Origin: Bilabrum cf. latius
Taxonomy: Eukaryota
NCBI GenBank assembly: GCA_965178125.1
Contig: OZ237754.1
Coordinates: 806,001 to 870,000, forward strand
Length of the DNA stretch: 64,000 bases
Direction of reading: 5' to 3'
Below the pieces are notes generated by a model, which had not been told where the DNA came from, searched no databases, and saw only the letters and a program-made list of their open reading frames with translations. Position numbers and translations under genes: made by a program. Each line of letters begins with the position of its first letter. Position 1 is the first letter of the stretch. This document shows, one piece after another, positions 38,226-50,131 of this stretch.

Positions 38226-38894
38226 GTGTATGACGGTGCTGCAGCAACCAGTGGCTCGCTGAGCGATCTCGACGCCCTGCGCGTGGCATAATTCGGCCTC
38301 CGGCCAGTCTCAAGCCCAAGCAATTACATCAGGGCTACACAAAACGGAGCCAGCATCACTTCGAGGCGGCTACTGAGTCTCATTGACCAAACTCGCTCCC
38401 GTGCCGGCAGGCCAGTCGATGGATGTAAGCTAGTTGGTGGCAAACTGTCAATAATTACCCAATTGGTTATCATTAGAACATATGCGGCGCAGTTCGTGCC
38501 GTTGCAATATCGACACAGCTTCATGCCGAGGCTGAATATCTGGAAACATCAGTTGCAGTGGTGGCTGCAGCCCGCATCCTCACCGATATTGTCATGCGCG
38601 TGCGGCTATCGAGCCTTCCGTGCTCGTCACGTCGAGAGTTATATACAATGTTTGGCGGACCCCGGACTACCAACGACTCTTGGGGCTCCATAGCCCCGCA
38701 AAATCGGGGAGAAGATACGTCCCGCTTTTCAGCGACGCAGCGGCTGCGTCATGTAAAGCACACCTTTCAAAATCTGAATTGTGCAATCCGTACTCGACTC
38801 GTTTCGATGCCCTGAACCGGACAGCAAAGCTTTAGCGAATACTACAGTCTGTATTCACTGGGTTGAACTATCCCACCGCAAAGGATTGCTTTGC

Positions 38895-41210
38895 ATGGCA
38901 GCGTCTGCGTCGCACCCGGAGGGCCCCGGCGCACCAACGGCAACTGCAACGGCCACGAGCAAGAAATCTGGCCACGGTACTGACAAGTAGCCCACATCGC
39001 GCCACGAGGAAACCTCAGGTGTACCTGATGCCTTCCTACAGACGTGGAGGGACCCATTCCTGGAGCTGGCCGCCCAGTCGAGCTGCGTGGACTCATTGGA
39101 CGCGAATTTGGCCGATGAGGCGCAGCTCGTGCTCGCCTGCCAGGATGGTAAGCTTCGCGTGATCGAGAACACGAGAGTCGTCGCTGAACGAAACCTGATC
39201 GGCGCACCGTGCGGGCTAGTGTGCCTCCGACCCAAGCGAGGCGAGCGGCAGGTGGTGGCGGTCGCGAGCGGGACTTACATGTTCGTCTACAGGAACTTCA
39301 AGCCGTATTTCAAGTTCAAGCTGCCGGAAACAGCTGTTGATGCGGAAGAAAAAGAAATCTGGGCGAACCTAATGGGTCTCGATCCCAGGCTGGCAGCCTC
39401 CCACGGGGGAGCGCCCCCCCCGGGCGAGGGGTTTGCGCACCCGCCACATCCAGGCCCGGAGCCGGCTGCGGGGTCTGGCACAAGCACGCTCTCTGGCGGC
39501 AGCAGCAGCAAGAGCAGCATTGGCATCGCCGGCGAGAAAGAGGAGGGCAGGCACTCGCCCGCCTGGGTGCTCGCCCGCAGCGTGGAGCAGCTGAGGAGCC
39601 TTAGGCACAGGGGGGGGCAGCTCACCTTCGACTCGGCAGATTTAATCCTGAAAGTAGACGGCGAAGATGGATCCGGAGCCGTAGAGCAGGTGCTCCGCAG
39701 GGCCTAGGCGACCGGGCGGGTGCTCCGCGCGACGGTTGTAACCGTCGTCTCCAAGCTGGGGCACCGCCTGCCGCTCGCCGAGGACCCCGAGGGTGTGACG
39801 AGTGCAATCCTAGGCACGGAGGGCCGCGCGGTGCTCGCCCTGGAGCCGGACTGCACCCGGATTGCCTTCGCCATCGGTGTTCCCTCGGTGCCGGTGGCGA
39901 TCAGCGGGACGGGCTGCCTCTCCTCGGACCACCGGATCGCCTTTACAGGGCGGGACGGGAAGATCCGATTTATTCGAAACCGCACGCTATCCGCGGACAC
40001 GATCGAGCCTGCGCTCCCCGCCACGGACGTGCTCCTCACCGAGACGCACACGGTGGTTGCAACCGCTGGCAAGGAGGTGCTCTTCTACGGCAGCCGGGGC
40101 AAGCGGCTCCTGTTCCAGCACACCCTGCCGGCCCACGCGGTGGCGCTGCGGCCCCTCCCTGGGCCCCGCTGCGAAGGTTCGTACGGTTCGCTGGTGGTGG
40201 TTGCGCTCCGAGACGGGTCCGTGCTGGTGCTGGACGGCCCACAGGTGGTGAGCGAATCCAGAGGGCCGGGGAGGGGGCGCGTGGTGGGTGCATTCGTGGG
40301 GGCCTTCGGCCGGGAAGAGTGCGCCGTGTGTTCCCTGGGACAGGCTGACGGCTTCGTGGTCAGAACGCTGCGGAGGAGGGCGAGACTCTCGGCCCAGGGA
40401 ACAATGGGCGGGCCTGGGACGGGGCTGCCCGGGGGTCCAGCAAGCGCGGTTGTGGGAGGGGGGGGCGGGAGCAGCGGGGCTGCGGCAGGTTTGACCACCC
40501 CCTCGCACAAGCGACTGACCCCCGCCGAAATCGACACCCCGTTGCCCCTGCCCAAGCGCACCCGCGCCTTCCTGGAGGTGGCAGAGCGGGAGCTGGCCGA
40601 CCCAGGGGCCGTGCACGTCGCCTTCCAGCGGGGGCTGGCCAGGACCAAGCTGGCCGTTGCGAGGGCGTTCGTGGAGCACGTGGCCAGGGGGGTGGAGGGG
40701 GCCGGCGGCTCCCCCGCGGGGGCGGGAGCAGCCGAGGCGAGCCGGAGGGGGGTGGCGCTGCGGGCCTAGGCGGACGGGATGGGCCCGCATTTTAGGCTCC
40801 GAGTCGAAGCGTCTTCGTCAGCGGTCGCGGTGACGGGAGCGACCCTCGTGGTGCAGCCCATTGCAGCGCGGTCCTATGCCGTGCGACCCTCTAGCGTATC
40901 GCTGCAGTGCATTGCACCCGGGGCGCCAGCTGCAGTGGACGTGTCCGTCGACTGGGTAGGGGGCGAGTCCCCGCCCTCGCTGCATGGGAACGAAGATGGT
41001 CTGGGGTCGGGAGGTGGAGGGTGGGCGGGCGGTGCAGGTGCAGGTGCAGGCAATGGTGTAGGGTCAGGGTCAGGGTCAGGTGGGCTAGGCGGGGTTGGCG
41101 GGGTTGCCAATGGCCGCACGATTCGGGTGTCCCTGGTGCATCCAGGCTCCACTCAGCCTCTGGTCCAGCTGCGTGTGGTGCTGCCCGAGGCAGAGCTAGA
41201 GGAGGCGTGA
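38895..41210 (+). CDS. BBS1: BBSome subunit BBS1 (~771 aa)
   Basis: One frame with TAG at 38988, 39705 and 40767, ending TGA at 41208. Motifs VAVASGTYMFVYRNFKPYFKFKLP, ILGTE, GAFGREE, LPKRTRAF...ERE and LRA*ADGMGPHFRL. Confidence 0.9.
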
Positions 41211-41283
41211 GTGAGGAGCAGACGTGCTGGTGCTGCCCGAGGCAGAGCTAGAGGAGGCGTGAGTGACGAGCAGACGTGCTGGT
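41176..41283. repeat. 52-bp tandem duplication spanning the BBS1 stop codon
   Basis: CTGCCCGAGGCAGAGCTAGAGGAGGCGTGAGTGASGAGCAGACGTGCTGGT occurs at 41181 and 41233. Confidence 0.9.
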
Positions 41284-41369
41284 ATTCATGGCACAGGTCT
41301 GTTCTAATTAAAAAGGATAGCAAATGAACATGACCTGCAGTTCAAGAGTGGCGGTCAGTGCGCTGCTCA

Positions 41370-42776
41370 TCAGCCAGGTCCACTGCCCACAGATGAAGAG
41401 GAATGCAATACCCCTGCCCCTGCCCCTGCCCCTGCTGCTAATGACACCGACTCTGAAGACGATGACACACCACCTGACGATGCACTCGTCACACCTCGAC
41501 CAGGCCCTGATCCCAGCTTCGCCCCCAACGACGCACCTGCCCCGGCCCCGGCCCCTATCCCCTTGCCCTTGCCAAGGCCCGCCCCCGAGCCCGCGCCAGC
41601 TGATGCCCTCTCCCTCCGTCTCGCCGACCCGGCCCGCCGCAGCTCGGCCGCCACTGGCCGGGCCTTGCGGGGGAGCGGGAGCCTGGGCGGGGGTGTGGGC
41701 GCCGCGCCCGTGCGGAACACGGGGTGCCGCAGCGCCTGTTCCGCAGTAAGGCGCCGCGCAGGGTCCAGATGCAGCATGTTTGCGACCAAGTCCACCATCT
41801 CCGGGGAACAACCGGAGGATCGGAGCACGGAGGGCCAGGGCTGCGCCTCCCTGCTCTCGAACACCATCCAGGCGGGGAGCGCCGTCACCCCCGGCCAGCT
41901 CGCTTCCGAAGGCGTTCCGGCGATCCGGAAGATCTGCGCCAGTTGGTAAACTTCCTCGCTCGGGTATTTTGCGACCACCTGGGGCAGCCAGGGGAAGAGC
42001 TAGTGCCGGAGGAGCATCTCGGCGAGGATGCAGCCGCAAGCCCAGACGTCCACCGCAGCGCCGTAGTGCCGCGCGCCCAGCAGGAGTTCGGGTGCACGGT
42101 ACTGTAGCGTCACCACCCGGTTGGTTTGCCTGCCGTCGGCGCCCGTCCCTAGCGCGATCCGCCCGGCGTGCCCGAAATCCGCCACTTTGACGGTGCCATC
42201 GTGCGCGAGCAGCAGGTTCTCGGGTTTGAGGTCCCGGTGCATGAAGCCCGCCCTGTGCATGTACGCGATGCCGCTCATCATCTAAAGCGCGATGCACTTG
42301 ACGTGGGATTCAGTCAGCAGCACGGAGCCGTCCTTGATCAGGTCGTCGAGATCAGAGACGCACCTCTCCAGCACGACGAACACGCGGTCCAGGTACGGGA
42401 ATACGTCCAGCAGCTGCACCACGTTCCGGTGGCGCAGCTCGCGCATGGCTTGCAGCTCTTTGATTGCCCCTAGATTAACACCAGCACTAGCCTTGTCACC
42501 GGACACCTTCTTGATGGCTACGCGGCGCCTGGTTGCAGTGTCTTCCTGCGATGCCTACCATACACGAAGCAATACGCGCTGCCGCAATGACATGCGCGGA
42601 TATCATTCAAACAATACAAAGCGTCACCTCACGTGCTCGTCTACCTCGGCGAATGCGCCCTTGCCCAGGTGGTTTACCTTCTTGTACCGTCGCAACCGCT
42701 CCATGCCCACACGGTCGGGATCAAGGGTCCTCGCGCGCTTGCGACCCGCCGTAGCTATCGATGACACTTCGGACAT
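41370..42776 (-). CDS. CDK7: Cyclin-dependent kinase, CDK7/CAK-like; intron 42546-42632
   Basis: [33 protein letters not shown] (TAG 42282), [30 protein letters not shown] and LLRH*LFP (TAG 42000); TGA stop. The subfamily call is tentative. Confidence 0.8.
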
Positions 42777-42911
42777 GATACACACAGCAAATTGGGGTGT
42801 TTCGCGGCAAGGAATGGCACGGATCGGACCGATAAGCCAGATTCGTCACATGATGCCGCGGACGGCAACTGCGGGAGACGCTGAAGACAGTGCCTGCAGA
42901 CAGCTTTGCAA

Positions 42912-45900
42912 ATGGAGAGTGACATCCCAGTCCCCGATTTGTTCTCGCCTGCGACTATTTTAACCCCATACCGGATCTATGAATCGAAATGCAGCTATTG
43001 CTACGGGCCAGGCAAAGGAAGAAGCGCGTGAGTGCAACCGCCACGTTTCATAGAGCAGAACAGCCCCTTCTTGATGCTGCACACGAAGTTATAGCCAGCT
43101 ACGATATACTTACATGTTTGATCACAGGTATGGAGCATCGGCCGAAAGACTAACCGTGGATGACTACGATTTCTTGCTGGATCGCGGCTGGATGAGGAGC
43201 GGAGACTTTCTGTATCACCCATACAACCAGCGGGCGTGCTGCCCAAACCTGGTGATTCGGCTTGACATTCGACGATTCATGTACGACAAGCAGCACGAGA
43301 AGGCCCTCCGTCGCCTGCACGAAATGCTGCGGGGTGACCGGCCAATCATTCACGACTGGACAGCGATTCCGAGGCCAGAGGCACTGCGCCACAAGAAGCT
43401 CGCGCTAATCCACGAACGGTGGCGAAGAGATAACAATTGGGAGCCTCCAAGCACAACCACGGAGGAAGTGCTTCGCCGCCGCCGCGAATCCGGGCGAGCA
43501 CCCAAGTGCGCTTTGGACTGGCTCGAGGCGAGCAAGAACGATCGGACGGCAGCGGGCGAAGAGGCCCAGCGCAGTGATTAGGCGCTGCATCTGCCTAGCA
43601 GCGCAAGCGAATCATCCGATGAAGCCCGCAGGAGGGCGGGAAGTCTCCTCCTCGCCGCTCTGGCAGCCGAGTGGATCACGGAGACGAAGCAGGAAAGCAA
43701 GCAGGAGAGCGAGCACGGTGGAGGGGCACTTGCTCCGCTGGCGCAGGAAGCCATGGACCGGCTGGTCGCACTTGGGATCGATGCGGGGGTCCTGCGGTCT
43801 GCGGGGTGTGACGAGTGCGTCTGGACCGCGGCTGGGCTGTTGCTGCGAGGCTCCACCGAGCTCCGAGCTGCTTCTGGCCTAAAGGCGAAGGCAGGAGGCG
43901 CTCGGGGCGCTGTCGCTGGGGCCGAGTCTGGGGCTGGGCCTGGGGTGGGGTCTGGAGAGGAGCAGGCCTCGAAGCGGCGCCGCACGGAAGCCCGCGGCAG
44001 TTTTGATTCCGGTTCCGGTTCCGCAGCGGCGCCGCGCGACTGTGGGTGGGAGGGCACTTCGACGGTCGCCCACGCTCTCGGGAACGACCCGCTGCTCGGG
44101 TTTCGTGGCGAGGAGCCCGAGGGCGAAAAAGGGGCAGCCAAGCAGAAGAAGAAAGGAAAAGGCAAGGGTAAGAAAGCGAAAGGAGGAAAGAAGGGCCCGA
44201 ATCCGGCCGTGGAGCGGGTGGCAGCTGGCCTGGCTACCGCATCGGTGGGCCAGTCGGACAAGCAGGCCGCCGCACTTGCGACCACCGTGAAGCAGCTGCT
44301 CGGGCTCCTGTCCCTCGCCCGACGCGAGAAGGAGAAGTAGAAGGAGGAACAGCGAGCAATCGAGGGTCGGGGCCCTGAGGCAGCTGCTGTGTCTTCCTCT
44401 GTCGTTTCCTCTGCTCCTGGTGGCAGCCGCGCGACTGGAGCCGGCGCGATGACCCGATCGCACGAAGACGAAGAACAAGAACACGGACACAAACAAGAAC
44501 AAGAACAAGAAGGTGGGCCAGTCGGGATCATGGGGGTCACTGCGCGAAGGGGCGGCATCCTGGCGGTGCGAACGGGTGCACTGCACGATGGTACCGCGGG
44601 GGGGGCCAGCGAGCGTGAGCTGCAGGAAGGGTGGCGGGCGGCGGCGGCGCTGCGGGCCGCGTGGGTGCAGCGCACGAAGGCGCTCGCCAAGGCAAAAGCA
44701 GAGGAGGAGAAGCGATCGAGGGAACGCAGCAAGCAGCCGGGCAGCAGCAAGAACATGGAAGGAGAAGGTCAGGGAGGAGGAAAACGCTCGAGCGGCCCCT
44801 CCCCCTCGCCGCCCAGCAGCGGGCCCGCTGGGGGAGGTGTGACGAGTGAGGCCATGCCACGACCACTCGGCCGCCATGGCCCCGCGCTGCCCCCAGACTG
44901 GGAGGAGCGGGCAGCGTCAGAGGCCGGGCGCGCGGCACTGGAGGCAGGTGCAGGCGGCGCGGAAGAGGGCGAGGCTTAGGCGGTAGCAAAACCAAGTCCA
45001 GGCTCAGGGTCAGGTGCAATGCACGGCGGTTCCAGCGCTGCATTCCAGGGAACAATGGGTGGCGAGGACCCCGCCAGCACCCCTCCCAGTTAGCACCACC
45101 ACGCAATGCACCAGCGCCCCGTGCCGGCCTCGGAGCTGGCGGGCCCCCCCCTGGCGCGGAGCCAGCACCCTGACCTAGACGAGAGAGAGAACCAATGCAT
45201 GAAAGGCAGGGAGCTCCTGGGCGGCAAAACCGCCAAGGAGAGGGAGGATCTGGCCCGGGAGCTCGAGACGGAGCTCATGGGTTTCGAGGACAGGTGGGTG
45301 CAGGAGGTGAGGTACAGGTACACGAGGTCGGAGCAGGGGATGCTGCCGGGGGCGCGCCTCAAGATCGCCGACATCCAGGGTGTGACGAGTGAGTTGCCGG
45401 AGGCCTCCGGTGCGGTTGTGGCGCTTGGGGCGGCGGCTGCTGCAGGAGAGCAGTCTGAGCTGTGGGTGGCGGGGGAGGCTGCACAGGCTGCTTCTGCTTC
45501 CGGTGCTGGTGCAGGTGCAGGTGCAGGTGCAGGTGCAGGTGCAGGTGCAGGTGCAGGTGCTGCTTCAGGGGCAGGGGTAGGTGCAGGTGCAGGTGCTGCT
45601 TCAGGTGCAGGTGCAGGTGCAGGTGCAGGTGCAGGTGCAGGTGCAGGTGCAGGTGCAGGTGCAGGTGCAGGTGCAGGTGCAGGTGCAGGTGCAGGTGCAG
45701 GTGCAGGTGCAGGTGCAGGTGCAGGTGCAGGTGCAGGTGCAGGTGCAGGTGCAGGTGCAGGTGCAGGTGCAGGTGCAGGTGCAGGTGCAGGTGCAAGGGC
45801 ATTAGCGAAGGGTCAAAGGCAAGGGTCGAGCGGTGCAGCAAAGGCCGGGCAAGCACCGATGGAGTCAGATGCATTGCATGCAGGTGCGACCGAAGGGCAG

Positions 45901-48900
45901 CATGATACACCGCAGCTTGGACGTGCGGCCGGCCTGCAGCCCGAAGAGCCGCTACGGCTGAACGTGTCCTTGCATCGGCCCCGGTACACCCCGGTGCACC
46001 ACGACCTCTACTTCCGGTTTAATACGGAGATCCACGGGAGCGCCCCCGGGGACAGCACGGCCGCGGACTACCTGAGGCACCTGATGGGGTCACCCCTGGT
46101 GCGGGAGGGGGGTCGGGTGCTGCCCCCCGACCGGCTGCCCTGCAGGCAGGAGCACAAGGAGGATCTAGCCGCTGCACTGGGGCAATTCCAGGCATCGCAG
46201 GCGCAGCAGCGCAGGGAACAACGCGATCGTGCGATGCAGTTGCGGCGGGAGCGCTGGGAGTGGGTGAGGAAGCAGGAGGAGGAGGGGTACAGGGCGAGGG
46301 TCGAGTCGGCGCGCAGGGCCCGTGAGGCGCTGGAGAACACGCGCAGGGAACAACGAGAGGCGCAGGCGGAGCTGCGGCGGGAAGAGGAGGCGGGGGATGC
46401 GCTGCAGCAACGGATTCGAGGTGGAGATTCTGGGTCTGGGTCGGGGTCTGAGTCGGCGCAGGCGGCTGGGTCTGGGTCTGGGTCTGGCGCTGGGTCGGGG
46501 TCTGGGTCTGGGTCGGGTGCGGGGTCTGTATCTGGCAGCAGCATGCTTGATGGGCTGCTTGACGGGCTGTTCGGGTCTCGGAGCGGCAGTGGTGCTGGTG
46601 CTGGTGCTGGTGCTGGTTCCCGGGAACAAGGAGAAGACGCTGACGGCCGGAGCCCTGAAGAGCTGGCGGCACTGCTGCAAGAGGCAGCGGGCAGGCTGCG
46701 CCGTGCCCGGGCGCGGGCGGACAGCGCGGCAAGGCGAACAGAGCAGGCGGCGCAACTGAGCGAGGTGGCCGAGCGCGCCGTGCGGATGCCTCCGCCAGAG
46801 GAACTGCCCTCTGCCGAAGAGTACAGCGAGGCCCTGGACCTCTGCGTCAGCGAGGTGGGGCAGGCCGCGGGGCTGGACCCCGGCATGGTGGAGCATTTGT
46901 TCCTCAGGGCGGTGGGGCAGGGAAGGACGCCTTGGCTGCTGCCAACGCCGCGGGAAATCCTGAGACTGCCGGCGAGGACGACGAGGACGGTGGCGGACGC
47001 CTCCGCGAGAGTTCTCCGGATCAATCGCGGAAAGTTCCTGGAAAGGCACGTGCAGAACGCCAGGCCCCCGGCGCTGGCCCGGTTCGCTGCGCACCACGGG
47101 ATCGCCGTTGGCGGTGTGACGAGCGAAGAAGCTCCATCTTCATCTTCATTTTCGTCGGACCTCGGGTCGACGGTCGCCGAGCGAGCCGCCACGGCCGTGC
47201 TGCTGCAGGGCGGCGAGGAGGAGGACGCCGAGCGTGCGCGGCTTTGGGGACCCGGAGCCGCAATGGACGCCGCCTACGCCGCGAGGAAAGGGGCCCCCGG
47301 GGGCTGGGCGGGGTTCTCTCCCGAACGTTCGCCGGGACTGGGGCTGCTGGAGAAGTATTTCGGCGGTCCCGGGGACTGCCTCGACGAGGACAGCGACGAG
47401 GACGAGGACGAGGACGAGGATGAAAATGAAGGTGACGGTGGCGGTGCTGCTGCTGCGGCCGGGATGCGGGGTGGGGGTCGTAAAGCGGACTCCGCCCAAG
47501 GAACAGTGCGTCGGACTCGCGCACCGGGTGCATCGCACGGTGGTGCATCCGGCCCCAAGTCGGTGATGGGCCTGGGGCCAGCCGACGTGGAGGGCTGGGA
47601 CGTCCGGATGGGCTACGGTCCGTTCTTTCAGGAATACAGGGTGGGAGACCGGCTGGTAGCATTCACGCTCCTGGACGTGCTTCCCACTCGCGTTTGTAGC
47701 GTGTACTTTGTGTGGGACCCCGACCTCCGGGGGATGCAGCTGGGGACGGTGTCCGGACTGCGTGAGCTGGCGTTCATCTGGCGGATGTCCGCATTCTCGC
47801 CTGCCCTGCGGCACCTGGACCTGAATTTCTACGTGCCTTCGTGCTCCAAGATGAACTACAAGCGGCAGTGGCGCAGCCAGGACCTCATGTGTCCCGAGAC
47901 CAACCGATTCGTGGACATGGAGGCGGGGCTGCATCGCATTGCAGCGACGCAGGGGACCCAGTACACGCTCGCCGATGAGAAGGGGGACCCGCTCCCGTGG
48001 GAGCCGCCAGGGTACAAGGCCTGGCTTGAGGCGCGAGGGAACAGCGGGGGCGAGGGAACAGCGGGGGAGGGAGAGGCCGCGGGCGCAGAGGGCCCCAGGT
48101 CCGGTGCCGGCGCGGGCCTAGGGTGTGACGAGTGCGACGGGGCTCACGGCGACCCGCGCGAGCACTCGTCACACGTGAAGCTGGCCGGGTTTGAGGACCT
48201 TCTGGAGGCCCAGCGAACGTTCCGTGCCTCCAGGGCGGAGGATGCCGCGGCACTGCCTGACGCTGGTGGTGTGGGCGATGGAGAGGGAGAGGGAGAGGGA
48301 GAGGGTACGAGGGGTCCTGGGTCGGGGGACCTGGTGGAGCGGGAGGCACTGCGGTCAGTGTGGCTGGGTTTGATGGGGAGGGCGGTGTGGCTGGGGAGCC
48401 TGGAGGGGGCCTTCCGCACGCGGGACGCAGCCGCCACCAGCCTGCTGCAGCCGAGGCTGCCCCGCCTGCCCCCGGATGCGACCCCGCAGGACGAAGCGAT
48501 GCTTGAGACGCTGCGGCAGCAGCACCTGCAGCTGATCCGAGTGGCCGCGGGGTCGGATTTCTCGCTCCGAGTCCTCGCCCGCCGGGGCCGGCTGGTGCTC
48601 CACCCCTCTTCCGGAGGGGAAGGAGCAGCCGCTGTCGCCTCCTATATGGGGGGCATCAGTCCACCGTGCGCGGTTGCAATACGAGGGGCTAGCGAGACCT
48701 CCCTGAGGCAAGCCCTTGAAGCGCACAGGGTGTGGCACGACAAGGGGAGCGCCCCTTTGTCCGGGCCTGGATCCGAGGTCACCGAGAGGGTGGCCAAACA
48801 GACAAGCAGAGACGTCATCGTGCGCGTGCCGGAGGTGCAAGAGTACGAGCCCAAGCCCGGTCCCGTGCCCTACACGGCCGTGGACCGTGCCGCCTTGCAG

Positions 48901-49779
48901 GCCCTCTGGGAGATTGCACCTCACGGGTTAGCCACGCCCGAGCGGCTGGAGGTCGCTGCGGCCAGGGCCGTCATGCAGCTGAGGCAGGCCAGGGGGGAGC
49001 AAGGCAGCCCAGGGAACAAGGGATCGGAGCAGGCCGCGGGGGCCGCCGCCGCGCCTGCCGCTGCCAAGCTCGATTTCAGCCCCTCAGACGCGTTCGACAG
49101 CACCCCCCCGCCCGTCCCAGGCCTGACGGATATCCTCAGCTCCAGTTTCGCTCGCCAGCGGTTGTTCTTTGCCCCCGAATGGAGGCCGGCGTGGGTTCCG
49201 AACCCGGGCCCCTCCCACCGTCGCCTTGCGAGCAGGCCCGACCAGTACCTCCTGCACTGCGAGGTGAATTCCCTGGCGAGGCAGAAGATGGAGCTGACCA
49301 CGCCCGAGTACGTGCGGTGGATGGGCCCCGAGACGGCCGTGACCGCCGTGCACGAGCCCAGGGTGCTGCTGTACTTTGGCGGCAAGAAGCTGCGGGAGCT
49401 GGAGGAGAAGAGGGAGCTGCAGATGAAGAAGGAGAGGGAGGCGCAGGAGAGGCTGATGAGGGAGCAGATGGAGGCCATGGGGATGACAGGGGGGCCTGCT
49501 GGAGGCGCAGAGGGGCAAGGAGGCGGTGGTTCCGGTGGGGGCTTGCCACCGGGGGCGTTGCCAGGGTTTCCGGCTGCCTTTGCTGGCTTTGGTATGCCCG
49601 GAAGTCCCGGCGGCTTTGGCTTTGGCGGGCCTGGCGGCAGCAACGGAGGTGGAAGCGATATGGGGGCGGAAGAAGCTATGCTGCAGGCCATTTTACAGCA
49701 GTCGAAACGGGAGTACGAGGCCGCCATGGCGGCATCCAAGTCGGAGCAAGGAGGTGGCGCAAGTGGCGGCAGTGATTGA
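42912..49779 (+). CDS. ATE1: Arginyl-tRNA--protein transferase ATE1, greatly expanded (~2255 aa); intron 43028-43127
   Basis: Exon 1 encodes CSYC. Exon 2 has DYDFLLDRGWMRSG...CCPNLVIRL (ATE_N), then GYGPFFQEY...LDVLPTRVCSVYFVWDPD...LGTVSGLRE...FYVPSCSKMNYK...DLMCP (ATE_C). TAG at 43579, 44338, 44977 and 45091; TGA stop. Confidence 0.88.
45502..45795 (+). repeat. (GGTGCA)n microsatellite encoding poly-(Gly-Ala) within ATE1
   Basis: More than 40 hexamer units with two short interruptions. Confidence 0.95.
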
Positions 49780-50131
49780 CGGCGGGTCCCGTCTTGCAAA
49801 CGGCGATGATGACCGCATTCAGTCGATTTCTAGTGCTAATACTAAAAGATTCTATAATTTGCAACCGTGCGATCCCAGATCCTGGATAGAGTGCGTATTG
49901 ATGCTGCAAGAACTTCAACGACGATAAACAGAGTTCGGGAACGGTTGCATAGAGCAAGCAATCCGAACAAATTCGCAAGCGCAACCAAAGTCACCACTCC
50001 CTCCACACAACAATGATAGAACCCAAGCACCTCGCATCCAGCAGCGAAGGAAGCAAGGGCTCGATGCAGCAGGAGTCTGCTGCCGGTCCCCCTCTCGCAA
50101 CGCCCAGCCTCCACCGAGCTAGACATCCGCG

